NCBI GenBank assembly: GCA_030390025.1
Contig: CM059432.1
Span: 93,312,001 to 93,376,000 of the forward strand
Direction: 5' to 3'
DNA length: 64,000 nucleotides
From: Squalus acanthias
Lineage: Eukaryota
Shown one piece after another: positions 23,698 to 36,160 of the stretch. Within the stretch, counting starts at the first letter, position 1. Each line of letters begins with the position of its first letter. The translations under genes were made by a program, and so were the position numbers. The notes under the pieces were generated by a model. It was given only the letters and a program-made list of their open reading frames with translations. It searched no databases and was not told the DNA's origin.

Positions 23698-25359
23698 CTA
23701 AGCAAATCTGGCCAAGATCAGTGCATCCCTTGCATCCCAGGCAGCAACGTTCTCATGTGCTGCTGCCGCTGGTTGATGCGCCTCCGCAAGCTGTTCGTTG
23801 TCGCTCTCCTCCTCCTCCTCCTCGGAGGCTATGCAATGAGCCACTTGTACCTCAGGCAGCTGTAAGCCACGATGCTGTGCCATGTTGTGAAGTGCACAGC
23901 AGACCACGACGATTCTGGAGACCCTGGCTGCTGAGTACTGCAGGGCTCCACCTGATCTATCAAGGCATCTGAATTGCATCTTCAGCAAGCCGATGGCTCG
24001 ATAATGGATCTGGTGGAAATGTGGCTGGAGTTGAAGCGCTCCTCATCTTCGTTGTATGGCCTCCTCAACGGCGTCATTAGCCACGTCTTCAGGGGATAGT
24101 CCTTGTCTGCAAGTAGCCATCCGCATAGTTGGTCTGGCGGACTGAAGAGCGGAGGCACACTAGACTGTCACAGGATGAAGGAGTCATGGCAACTGCCAGG
24201 GTACTTGGTGCAAACATACAAAATTTCCTATTGTGGTTACACACCAGCTGCACGTTGAGGGAGTGGAAACCCTTGCAGTTGACAAAAACACCTGGATTGT
24301 GATGGGGTGCCTTAAGGGCCACGTGTGCAGTCTACGATGCCCTGCACCCTTGGAAAGCCTGCCAGATTAGCAAATCCAACCGCTCACGTGGTTACATTTG
24401 CTTGACCCTTGGAGAAGTTGATGTAATTGTGCGCGTTGGCAAAGAGGGCATCGATTACCTGCGTGATGCAAGTGTGTGTGGCCGCCTGGCAGATGCCGTT
24501 GGGGCAACACGGTGGCATAGTGGTTAGCACTGGTGCCTCACAGCGCCAGAGACCCGGGTTCGAATCTGACCTCGGGTGACTGTCTGTGTGGAGTTTGCAC
24601 ATTCTCCCCGTGTCTGCGTGGGTTTCCTCCGGGTGCTCCGGTTTCCTCCCACAGTCCAAAAATGTGTGGGTTAGGTTGATTTGGCTATGATAAATTGACC
24701 CTTAGTGTTAGGGGGGATTAAATATGTGGGGTTATGGGGATAGGATGGGATATGTTAGGGGGAATTAAATACGTGGGGTTACGGGGGTAGGGTGGGATTT
24801 GTGTACTGTGGGGATTAAAGCAGGGACAGGGTACTGGATTTGGATGATCAGCCATGATCGTATTGAATGGCGGAGCAGGCTCGACGGGCCGAATGGCCTA
24901 CTCCTGCTCCTAGAATCTATGTTTCTATGTTTCTATATCTGCTGTTGATCCCTGGAATGAGCCTCAAGCAAAAAAGTTGAGTGCGGTGGTGACTTTGACG
25001 GCCACTGGTAAGGGGTGTCCACCCGCTCCTCTGGGCTCCAGGTCTTGCTGCAGCATTGCGCAGATGTCACCCACTACCTCTCGCGAAAGTCTGCGCCTCC
25101 TTTGGCACTGCTGCTCAGTCATGTTGAGGTAGCTCATCCTCTGTCTGTAAACCTTGTTTTGGAGGTATCGCCTGCGGCGACGTCCTTCCCTGCATTGGCG
25201 CCTTTTGGCCTGTGCAGCTTCAGGTGGGTGAGCAGCAGGTTGGCGCCCCTGTTGTTGCTCCTGCTGGTGGTGCTGCTGTTGTTCCGGGTTCTGCTGCTGC
25301 CGCGGCTGGTCTTCGTCCGAATCTGAGGTCCAGGAGAAAAGGAAATAAATGGTTCCCAT
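23698..25359 (-). pseudogene. HARBI1-like DDE transposase, disrupted by a stop, frameshifts and a SINE
   Basis: Motifs [55 protein letters not shown] and VCCALHN. Confidence 0.92.
24501..24935 (+). mobile_element. HE1-like V-domain SINE inserted in the transposase
   Basis: tRNA-like head, V-domain GTGTGGAGTTTGCACATTCTCCCCGTGTCTGCGTGGGTTTCCTCCGGGTGCTCCGG, and a 3' tail matching the CR1 3' ends at 55917 and 60447. Confidence 0.9.
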
Positions 25360-27722
25360 GCTGCAGGTATATACCTCAGTTGAGGAAGCGCTCAGTCAAG
25401 GTGGGGAGAGGAGTTTCCCAGGAGGTCACAGAGGAGACGGATCTCAGCTTCAAAACTTCCAAAATCAGTAAACCTGCAAAAAGTTCTCCCAGACCGGAGA
25501 AAAGAAAGTTCTGCCACCTGCAAATGATCATTGTGGAAAATGCCTTTTTTATGGTGGAGCTGCAGCTGTTAGTAAGCCATCCACTTGTGAGCCCGCCAAG
25601 ATTAACTGGCGTGTTCCAGGGGAGATATGCAGCACGCGGGAAATGTGTTAAACTCTGAAAGGCCTCTCAAAATGGCATTATAGAGGCACGTAAGTGGTTA
25701 AGTGCCTTAAGGGCCTATCCCGCCTCCAAGAGGCAGGACCGAAACAGGGTCTGAAAGCCCGCATTTGGGAAAGTTGCTCAGAGGCGGGTTGGAGGCAGGA
25801 TCAGAGCCCGACGCCATTTTTGGCAACTTTCCCACCTGACCCGCCTTCAAACCCGCCTCCTCGGACCTGGCAAAATCCAGCCCCAAGTGTCCACCAGTAC
25901 TGTTCTACACTCCAGATCCAGCCGATAAATGGTGTGCCAGAGCAACCTGGGACAACTGCCCCTTCAAATTACCCTCCTACCTCTAGGAGGCACTTTGAGC
26001 TTTTTGAGCATGGAACTATGTCGTGCAGAATCATAAGCACAAATCTCCATCCTACCACTCAATGGCACAACTCATTGAAGCTTCAACACATTTAACCACT
26101 ATACTGCATCCACAGCACAATTCCCCTATTTTCTACAATTGCTTTTCAGTATAAATCCTGTACATTACACTGATGTTCAAGTCATTCCAGATATCAAAAT
26201 AACACAAATTCATGCACGAAAGATAGTAGAGACAAAAACATTGGGGTTATTCAGAATAGGTCTGGTTGCTGTGATGGGAGAGTTAATTAATTGGAGAGTT
26301 GAACTTTGATGGCCTTTTTCAGTCCTTAACGTTTCTCATGTTTACATGAATTACGGTCAGGAATTTTAAGAGTATGGTCCCAAAACACTAAAAGCAAACA
26401 ACATACAGTATTCTTAAATAATAAATTACAATATTGGTATCAAACATAATTAAACAGGAAAGGTACATCAACTACGTATCTCAAAAGTCCCTTTTGCTCC
26501 CAGCAAGCCCTAGGATAATTTTCATAAGACATCTATCTTTGTTACAGCTAGCTCCAACTGCATACTTTTATGCTAATGCAGCTGCATTAATATTGATCAA
26601 AACCGGCACCCTATACATTGCACTGTTCCGTGTGTGCTATGTTTTTATTAAATTTTCTTGTAGAAGTATTTCCGTTCCGTGATTAAACAAACACATTCCT
26701 TGATTGCAACAGCGAACAATTTACCACACGGCTCCAAGGAGTATAAACTGACAGAAACAGGAGGAGAGGCGGAGCCCAGGGCCATGCCCTTTGCTTGTGC
26801 CCAGGCCAAGAGACCATGAATGCTGGGCATCGCATATTCAATTATTTTAGTGTATGAGGCCCTTCCTTCCTCGTTCTCCTGGGTTGGGTCGGGGACGGTA
26901 CTTTCAGAAGGATCAGTAAAACACACCCGCGCCCAAGGTTGATTGTCTTTCATTCAATCAAGGTTTGATTGATTGGAGCGCTTAATTACAGCCCCAGTAA
27001 ACAAGCACTCCTCCACACACTGCTGCTGATCTACAATAACCCCAGCATGCTAAATGGAGAAACCTCTCCCTTCACAGAATTTTGGCGCGAATTTTCTGGG
27101 ATTTGCGATGGGTGTTTATTTATTTGTTTGTGTTGCTGTTTTCTGATGTGTGTGTGTGTGTATAGTGCCGGCGCTGAGCTGATGTTGCTGCACTTTCTCG
27201 GAGGGCTGGCTCCTGGGTCCACTGCTCCATTGCACAGGTGGGCAGCCCAAGAGGGCAAAACATTGCAAACCTGACCCCAGCTTTCTACTCTCTTGCGTGT
27301 ATTTAAGATGCTGATTACTTTAACATTTTACACCTCGATTGCGACAAAAACGACCCCGGCATAAAATTTAAATTCTAATATTTCAAAAAAGACTGGTGAA
27401 AATGATTTAGAACAAAGATGAAGGGGGGAAAAAACCCAGCAGCAGATAGGTGAGGATTAGGGTCCAGCTATTACACGGAGGTCGGTGATGGGTGAAGGGA
27501 TTTAACCTTTCCAAATAACTAGCTGGGGTCATGATGGGAATGAATGATCCGCCCTCCTCCTCGACACTGAGATCCACAAGGGAGCGGGTGGGGTTGGGGG
27601 TTGGACCCTCCGGATTGACCGGGCGGGGTGAGGAGGGGGCGGCTGGGCTGCAGATGGTGTTGGTGTGAATCTCTGCCCCTTGTTGGCGGTGTGGCAGCAC
27701 TGGGATGCACACGATCGCGCAG

Positions 27723-27747
27723 ACACACACACACACACACACACACA
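27723..27747. repeat. (CA)n microsatellite next to the ZNF704 splice donor
   Basis: Directly visible, about 30 nt into the intron. Confidence 0.95.
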
Positions 27748-27774
27748 AGCCTATTCACACATGCAGTTACACAC

Positions 27775-28035
27775 CTTCTCTCTGCATTTCAGCTGCACTT
27801 TGTTGCCGTGGTTGTGGAAGCCGGGTCCCACCACCACGATCTCCTCCTCGGGGTATTCCCTCAGGGTCCCATCCTCCAGCATCACCGTGTAGAGGTTGCA
27901 TCGCCCCCCGGACTCCTTGTTCTCCGATTTGAGCGCCTGGATCACCCCGGGGATGAGCTGCCCATCCCCGGCCGGACTCGGAGCGCAAACCCGGCTTCCC
28001 AAAATCGATCTCTTTGCAGAACGGCGAGCTTGCAT
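27775..28035 (-). CDS. ZNF704: Zinc finger protein 704, first coding exon (MQARRSAKRSILGSRVCA...QLKCREK)
   Basis: ATG at 28035. N-terminus resembles mouse Zfp704 MQARRLAKR and ZNF395 RRLGKRSLLGARV (recalled). 87 codons then donor AAG|GTGTGT, phase 0, matching the phase 0 acceptor at 1962. CpG-rich context. Confidence 0.85.
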
Positions 28036-28102
28036 CGCGAGCTTTCCCCCCCGCCCCCCTTCGCTTGCTTTTATTGTAAGAAATTAAATGCAAAAGATGC
28101 AA
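28036..28102 (-). other. ZNF704: Putative 5' UTR part of the first coding exon, opened by a splice acceptor
   Basis: On the minus strand a T-rich tract then ttattttgcag|TTG (AG at 28104-28103), 67 nt upstream of the ATG. Confidence 0.5.
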
Positions 28103-28560
28103 CTGCAAAATAACTAGATTTTAATAATTAAAAAAAACAAAACCAAGCCGCAAACCGCCCGGCGTTCAGAGCAGAGTTGTTTGTTTTTGTAGCGTTCGCA
28201 AAGCTGACATTGCAACTTGCAAAATTAGGAGTGGACTTCTGCAAAAACAGCGGAATGACTGCCTGTTCATGACTTTAAAACTACAATGATTCTTTTTAAC
28301 GACACATCCAGGAACAGTGAAATTAAAACTATAAAGTGAGGACTGAATGTCAGATAGCTGTGATATTCTTCCCGAATAATTGTAATACGTAGAACCAAAG
28401 AGGGTAATTTGAATGGAAAATTAAAAAAGAGATCATTTGGCTTCTCGAATTCCTTCCCTCCTAGTAAAATAACTTTTAAATATACTTTTTTTGCCCCCAT
28501 ATTATTTAAACCCATTTAATGATCACTTGAACATTTCAGCTGGTGGAAGTAAATACTCAC

Positions 28561-28860
28561 AGCCGTGCACAAAGACGGGTAAAGCCTGATTCATTTGCAG
28601 ATTATTAAAACGCAATTTGGGTCCACAGTTGGGTGTTTCTCTTCAGTCATTCCGACTAATAGCCTGGCCTCCCCTTTCCGAGTCTGGTCGCCCGATCCTG
28701 ACTCCGGTGAGATTTTTTCCATGCTTTCCTTGAGATTCCCCACTGTACCGGCGGAATGCTCTCCGCCCCCTCAGTGTAAACATGTGCTGCTCCAGGTGGT
28801 GCCCGAGCCCATTGGCTGCAGCAACGCACGCCTCCAGCAGTAACTCAATGGTTGGTAGCT
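28561..28860 (-). promoter_or_regulatory. Candidate ZNF704 promoter and non-coding first exon
   Basis: CpG-enriched. CCAAT on minus (28811-28815), forkhead-like GTAAACA (28776-28782), GC box (28761-28770), and donor CT|GTGAGT at 28561/28560 that could splice to the acceptor at 28102. Confidence 0.45.
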
Positions 28861-29499
28861 GTCAAAAGCTACACACGGACCAGCGGCAAAGACCTCCTTC
28901 CGCACTCACAGCCATGTAGGGGATATTCAGCCCGGTGGTAGGGGGTGTTGCAGTCAGTCTCAATACCCTGGGAGTAGGGAGGACAAACATCAGCCGGGGT
29001 TCCTGAACTTGACCACTAGCCAGTGACTCCTTGTGAAAAGCACGTGTGTGTGTGTGTGTGTGTCTGCTGCAGACCGATTGGGCCTTGATACTCCCATGTT
29101 AGAATAGGCTGCCAAAATTCATTGTTCTAGTTCAAACAAGACAAATGGTTTCTGAGGAAGGCGCCAGAAAGCTGTTGGGACATGTAGAACCATATTCCAG
29201 CATGAATCAAAATTGGGGGGAAGAAAAGAAAGGATACTGTCTAAGAAGTAGTTGAATTTCATATTTACCTCGGTGCAGGAGACCACACTCCTGATTTATA
29301 CAGGGCTACTTCACTGGTGCATACCTTCAACATATGTTAAACAAATTCAGAATCAGTGTTCCATTTAGGGATTGTACATTCAAGATTTTGAGTTATTTTA
29401 TTAAAATATATACTTACATTTCAGTAAAGGAAGGTGATTTTTTTCTATGGCAGGACAGAAAACTAAGGTAGCAACGCAAAAACTTCTCTGAATGAACAG

Positions 29500-29925
29500 T
29501 GTCAGCTGTGGCTCAGTTGGTAGCACACTTTGCCTCTGAGTCAGAAGGTTGTGGGTTCATAGTCCCACTCCAGGGACTCCAGGAACTTGAGCACATAAAG
29601 CTCGGCTGACACTCCAGTACAGTGTGGCCCCGTCCGCTCTCTTAGGTGGACGTAAAAGATCCCTTGGCACTATTTCGAAGAAGAGTAGGGGAGTTATCCC
29701 CAATGTCCTGGCCAATAATTATCCCTCAACCAACATAACAAAAACAGATTATCTGGTCATTATGGTCATTATCACATTGCTGTTTGTGGGACCATGCTGT
29801 GTGCAAATTGGCTGCCGCGTTTCCTACATTACAACAGTGACTCCACTTCAAAAGTACTTCATTGGCTGTAAAGCGCTTTGAGACGTCCGGTGGTCATGAA
29901 AGGCACTACATAAATGCAAGTCTTT
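29500..29925 (+). mobile_element. Deu-domain SINE with an internal deletion
   Basis: Aligns to 49214-49680 with a gap near 29625. Confidence 0.85.
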
Positions 29926-30985
29926 TGCTCTTTAAAGTCACCATATGGTATTGAGCTAGTTTTTGCTGCTTTGGCAATAAGGATTTTTATAATTGACCCA
30001 GTAAACCCATTTAGAAATATGCATGTGGTGATGCGAAGTGAAGAGAAGATGGGGTTTGATTGTGATACTACCCATGGTCAGATCACATTCTTCCGATCTG
30101 GATTCACAGATGAAGAATGGTGATTTAAGCAAGATACCAGAGACCTGCCAATGTTCTGGACTTGCCTCCCACAAATCATCACCTTCAGGAGTGGAGGAAC
30201 AGGAGAGTCCTTTCTAAATCCAAAAATCTGAAGTAGTGCTGCAAAATATTCAGCAACCGTCAGCATTATGGTGTATATGATGCTATCATTTGGTTGGTAG
30301 TGGTTGAAGAGGATGCAGTGAATGGGGTGTGTATCCCTGCTGGTTTTTAGTAAATGGTACGGATTTTTGCTTCACTCAATTTTATTTGTTTGTTTTAGAA
30401 TTGGTTTTGGTAGGCAATTAAAAGTATATTGTTTTAATTGTTTATATCAATAGGTGGCTTTATCATTTAATTATGATGGGTAATTAAAGTGGTGGTGATA
30501 TGGAGGATACTGGGAGCAAGTAACACAACGTTTGAGAGTATTTCGTTTCAGTCATTTAGCACAGGCATAATTTATTTGTGGTACTGATAACTTCATCAGA
30601 GCTTTTTGTGGTAATAGTGGGAGTTGCTATGGCTAAACTGGTAGCTCCTGATACTGAGGAGAGGCACACAGTTATTTTTCTAAATGGAGATGGCTCACAG
30701 GAAAGCAGTTTCATTTGGGCTTTTATAATAAAGTAACTGTTAATAAATTCTATATCCTATGCATATGAGGCAGCAATCATTTATCACACAATGTGATTGG
30801 TAAGGCTGTATGTTTATCATGGGCTGTATTTGCTGCAGGGGGTCCCTGATGGCCTTTGAAGTTGGGGTTGATTCTAAGGGCAGGATCAACCAGGTCGTTG
30901 CACCAAATGATAGCAGAAAGTGGATGCAACTGAGCCTTGCCAGGGAAGTGACAGTAACACAGCTTCATTATCATACAAAATATAC

Positions 30986-32300
30986 AACTACAACTTACAT
31001 TTATATAGTGCCATTAATGTAGGAAAACATCACAAGGCACTTCGCAGGAACATAATGTCAAAAATTGATATCGAGCCAAAGAAGGAGATATTAGGACAGG
31101 TGATTAAAAGTTCAGTCAGAGGTAAGTTTTAAGGAGCGTCTTAAAGGAGGAGAGAGGTGGAGAGACTGAGAGGTTAAGGGAGTGAATTCCATAGCTTAGG
31201 GTCTAGACTACATCCTCCTCTCTAGCCATTGTCTGAGGCTGAATTGGACTGTTCGCAACCTCACGTCCTATTTGACCTCATATCCTCTCCATCATCATGA
31301 CCGCCTACTTTCAACTCTGTAATAGCTCCGTTCTCCACCCCTGCCTCAGTTCATCTACTGCTGAAACTCTCATCCATGCCTTTGTTACCTCAAGAGTCAA
31401 CTATTCCAATGCTCTCCGAGCCAAACTCCCACCTTCTACTCTCTGTAAACTTGAGCTCATCCAAAATTCTGCTGCCAATATCCTAACTCGCACCAAATCT
31501 CGTTCACCCACCTAGTCCAGCAACAACATCATTTTAAAATTCTCATCCTTGTGTTCAAATCTCTCTGGCGGGGACAAGCAGGCCGACAAAACTGAGGCAG
31601 TGAAGGGGTCGAGAGAGGTGGTGATGAGATGGAGCTGGGTGTCACCAGCGTACATGTGCAACCTGTTGTCATGTCTTCGGTTGATGTTGCCGAGGGGCAG
31701 CATGAAGATGAGAAATAGGAGGGGGCCAAGGATAGATCCTTGGGGGACCCGAGAGGTAGGTGCGGGGGTGAGATGAGAAGCCATGCAGGAGATTCTCTGG
31801 CTACAACTGGATAGGTAAGAGTTGAACCAGGTGAGAGCAGTCCCACTCAGATGGACAACGGAGAGGGTTTGGAGGAGGATGGTGTGGTCAAACATGTCAA
31901 AGGCTGCAGAGAGGTCGAGATGGATGAGGCAGGATAGTGTACTATGGTCACAGTCACAGAGGATGTCATTTGTGACATTGATAATGGCCGTTTCAGTGCT
32001 GTGGCAGATACCTGATTGGGGAGATTCAAACATGGTGTTGTGGGAAAGACGGGCACGGATTTGGGAGGCGACAACACGTTAAAGAACTTTGGAGAGGAAA
32101 GGCAGGCTGGAGATGGGGTGGTAGCTTACAAGGACAGAGGGGTTAAGAGTAGGTTTTTTGAGGAAGGGGATGATGACAGAAGATTTGAAGCAAAGGGAGA
32201 CAGTACCGGAGGGGAGGAAACCATTTACAATGTCAGCTAGCATGTGGGGCAGGAAGGGAAATTGGATGGTCAGCAGTTTAGTGGGAATAGGGTAAAGAGA
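30986..32300 (-). mobile_element. L2-clade LINE fragment with an internally inverted segment (about 31211-31565 on plus)
   Basis: RT motifs HSTETA, LDLSAAFD, VPQGSILGPLLF and MYAGDTQL on minus. AETLIHAFVTSR on plus. 3' tail on minus at 30986. Confidence 0.85.
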
Positions 32301-33097
32301 ACAAAAAAAGAGGGACAAGACCAATTGGTCACCACCATGGTGCCACCTATGTGCATCATCAATCCACCCACAGCCATGCAGTCTCATGGAAGAGGCAAAA
32401 AAAATCAGAGGAAATACCATAGGCCAATTTAGGAAAAAAACTCTGGGGAATTCCTCTCTATTCCTCAAAGATAAGCAAGTTCCAGGAGACTGCAGTAACC
32501 GATAACACTAGTCACTACTTGCCCCACCTACCTTCTATAACTTGAATTGTCTTCTATTTACATGTACTTGACAGGCTTCCTCAGAAGGTCTATAAGGAAT
32601 CCATACTCACTGTACTTTCTGGCAATCTACTCCAGATGTTGCTGACCCTTTGTGAAAAGAAGTGTGGAGGGGTGAATTAATTAGTTTCCCTCGATCCAAT
32701 TGTTAACCTCTCTCAGGCAATCATGGTGTGACGTTGCTGGTAGTCAGAGAATAATTAGTTTGCGAGCCCTTCCAGCCAACTAACAACTCCCCATGGAAAC
32801 TAAAGTTCAACAGAGAGTAGACGAAAAACTGAGTTGTTTATTTTCCCAAAAATTTACAAACCAAAGTATTGATTTGCAGGACTGCTCTTTCTGACATCAG
32901 TTAACAGCTAATGAGGGGTAGGTGATCATTATTTTCACCAGGAAAAAGAGCTGATATTGCATTCGTGACCCTCTCATTCACTGTTCGTTCACTCTCACTA
33001 CCAGCTCTTCTTCTCCGAGTGGTTCCCCATTCAACTGTTTCAGATGCAATACCTGTTCCTTTGTTTCTTCTGCACAGTTGTCCATGGCCCAAACACT

Positions 33098-33688
33098 AGC
33101 CCAGAAATTAATGCGCCCAGTATTGGACATGCCTGAATGGTGAGGCCTGAGACCCCCAGAGCCTGCCCGTGAAAAGTAGTGCTAGCATCGCAGCGGCCCT
33201 CAGGTAATTGGGTCCTGGGTTGGAGGACATAGCCGGGTCTAGATCGAGGGTCCAGGAATCGGGGGGCTGGAGCAGGGTGGTTAGGGGGCTGGGAGTGTGG
33301 GGGTTGGGCGAGCTGGCGCTGGGAGCAATCGGTTGGTTTCTTTAATTGGTCCCTTTAATGTGGGCTCAGGAAGAGTACTTCTGCTCCTCCTGGCTCCACA
33401 TTTAGGTAAGTTACTTACCTTCTTGGATGAGCCTAGCAGGCGATCCCTAGGCCTGGTTTCCTTGAGTGCACCGGCTGTCTCAGGACAAATCAATCTTGGA
33501 TAGGAGACCTGAAATAGGCATTGGGCCCCTTATTTCCATATGTTTCAGACTTGAATAAAGGACACATATTTTATGTCTTTACCTAATATGGACAGAAATG
33601 TGCACATGCTTCCTCTTTGCCATATTGGGGCCTCAGTAGTCCGAGTAGCACCCAAACAACCGCCGCTACACGGACCAATTTCTAGGCC
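33098..33688. mobile_element. Harbinger-like MITE
   Basis: TIR AGCCCAGAAATT / AATTTCTAGGCC (10 of 12) and 3-bp TSD ACT on both sides. Confidence 0.7.
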
Positions 33689-33865
33689 ACTATATCTACA
33701 TATGGCAGCAATTTTGGACCCAATTAGTGCCAGCAATTCCACCTATCAGTTTCAGGTGAAGGTCATGATGAGATACTCATATAATGGAAGGAGGTCATTT
33801 CAAGGCATGGGAAAAAAATTCATTGTTAACTTGCCTTTTGAATTTTTTGATCAATCAAAGTGAAT

Positions 33866-35100
33866 CATAGAAATTTACAGCACAGAAGGAGACCATTCAG
33901 CCCATCGTGTCTGTGCCGGCCGAAAAAGAGCTATCCAGCCTAACCCACTTTCCAGCTCTTGGTCCGTAGCCTTGTAGCTTACAGCACTTTAAGTGCATAT
34001 CCAAGTACTTTTTAAATATGATGAGGGTTTCTGCCTCTACCACCCTTTCAGGCTGTGAGTTCCAGACCCCCACCACCCTCTGGGTGAATAAAGTTCTCCT
34101 CAACTCCCCTCTAATCCTTCTACCAATTACTTTAACTCTATGCCCCCTGGTTATTGACATCTCTGCTAAGGGAAATAGGTCCTTCCTATCCACTCTATCC
34201 AGGCCCCTCATAATTTTACACACATCAATTAGGTATCCCCTCAGCTTCCTCTGTTCCAAAGAAAACAACCCCAGCCTATCCAATCTTTCCTCATAGCTAA
34301 AATTCTCCAGTCCTAGCAACATCCTCGTAAATTTCGTCTGTACCCTCTCTAGTGCAATCACATCTTTCCTGTAATGTGATAACCAGAACTGTACACATTA
34401 CTCTAGCTGTGGCCTAACTCGTGTTTTATACAGTTCAAGCATAACCTCCCTGTTCTTATATTCTATGCCTCAACTTAATGAAGGAAAGTATCCCATATGC
34501 CTTCTCAACTACCTTATCTACCTGTCCTGCTACCTTCAGGGATCTGTAGACATGCACTCCAAGGTCTCACTGTTCCTCTACACTTCTCAATATCCTACCA
34601 TTTATTGTGTATTCCCTTGCCTTGTTAGCCCTCCCCAAATGCATTGTCTCACACTTCTCCAGATTGAATTCCATTTGCCACTTTTCTGTCCATCTGATCA
34701 GTCCATTGATATCTTCCTGCAGTCTACAGCTTTCTTCTTCACTGTCAACCACACAGCCAATTGTTGTATCATCTGCAAACTTCTTAATCATGCCCCTTAC
34801 ATCAAAGTCTAAATCATTGATATATACCACAAAAAGCAAGGGACCGAGTACTGAGCCCTGTGGAACCCCACTGGAAACAACATTCCAGTCACAAGAACAC
34901 CCGTCGACCATTACCCTTTTCTTCCTGCCACTGAGCCAATTTTGGATCCAACTTGCCACTTTCCCTTGGATCCCATGGGCTTTTACTTTTCTGACCAACC
35001 TGCCACATGGGACCTTGTCAAAGACCTTGCTAAAATCCATGTAGACTACATCAAACGTACTACCCTCATCGAACCTCCTTGTTACCTCCTCAAAAAATTC
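33866..35100 (-). mobile_element. CR1 LINE RT and 3' end
   Basis: ORFs 34567-35169 and 33897-34361 with [28 protein letters not shown] and FTQRVVGVWN. Confidence 0.95.
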
Positions 35101-36160
35101 AAAGCGAAATCTTAAATGTTGCTGCACTATATTTTCCTTCATTTTGCTCTTGTCCATGTAATCTTTCATTCCTTTTTGTTATTTTTTAATGTTATCTGAA
35201 TTTAACTGCTTTCGGAAATTTTTCTTTAAATCTAGCCTGTGTTTTTATCCTGGGGCTTCAGGAGAAGAGTGACCTGTACAAGCACTCTCCGAGTGCAGTT
35301 GTGCACAGGCCCCATCAAAAAATTGTAACATTTTCAAGGAAAACAATAATTTTCTTCAGGCAGTTCTCCAACCATCTCTTTCTCCCTCTGCGTTGGCCCT
35401 TTTAATGGCCCCATTTTAATAGAGTTCAGAAATATTAGCCCCAATTTTAACATGGGACGACATGCAGGGGCAGGCGCCCATGACGGCTTCGGTATGAGGC
35501 CCTGGTTTTTTTTTTAACGGCTGGGCCTCATTACCATGCTGCAGCATAGATACCCAACTAAAATAATGAGGAGGCCAGCAGGCGGGAGTTGGATTTAGCG
35601 TGGCAGGAGTTGGATTTAGCTGGAGACCTGAAGGAATGGTCCTTGGCACTAAGGTAAATGTTGAGGAAGGGGGTCCAGAGGTGATCGCGGTCAGGGAAGG
35701 GGAAGGGAAACCTGGGGCAAGGGAGGCCCAAGGTGTCCTTGTGGGGCCTGGAGGAGCACTTGAACTTGGTGTGTTTTGGTAGGAAGAATAAGGAGGCCAC
35801 ATACTGCCTGGATAATAAGTGTGAAAATGGGGTAGAGGAGCAAAGGGATCTAAGGATACAGATACACAAATCACTAAAAGTAGCGACGCAGTTTAATATG
35901 GCCATAAAAAAAGCAAACAAAGCACTGGGTTTCATTTCTAGAAGGATAGAATTGAAAAGCAGAGAAGTTATATTAAACTTGTATAGAACCTTGGTTAGAT
36001 CACCCTTAGAGTACTGTACACAGTTCTGATCTTCATAATTGTAAAAAGGATATAGATGCACTGGAGAAGATGCAAAAAAGATTTACAAGGATGATACCAG
36101 AACTGAGAGGTTATAACTATCAGGAGAGATTGAACAGGCTGGGGGCTCTTTGCTAAGGGG

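Larger units (their letters stand above)
21211..25883. mobile_element. Full-length degenerate PIF/Harbinger transposon (copy 1)
   Basis: Perfect 13-bp TIR GGGCTGGATTTTG and 3-bp TSD CAA (21208-21210, 25884-25886). Convergent Myb/SANT and DDE transposase genes. Confidence 0.95.
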
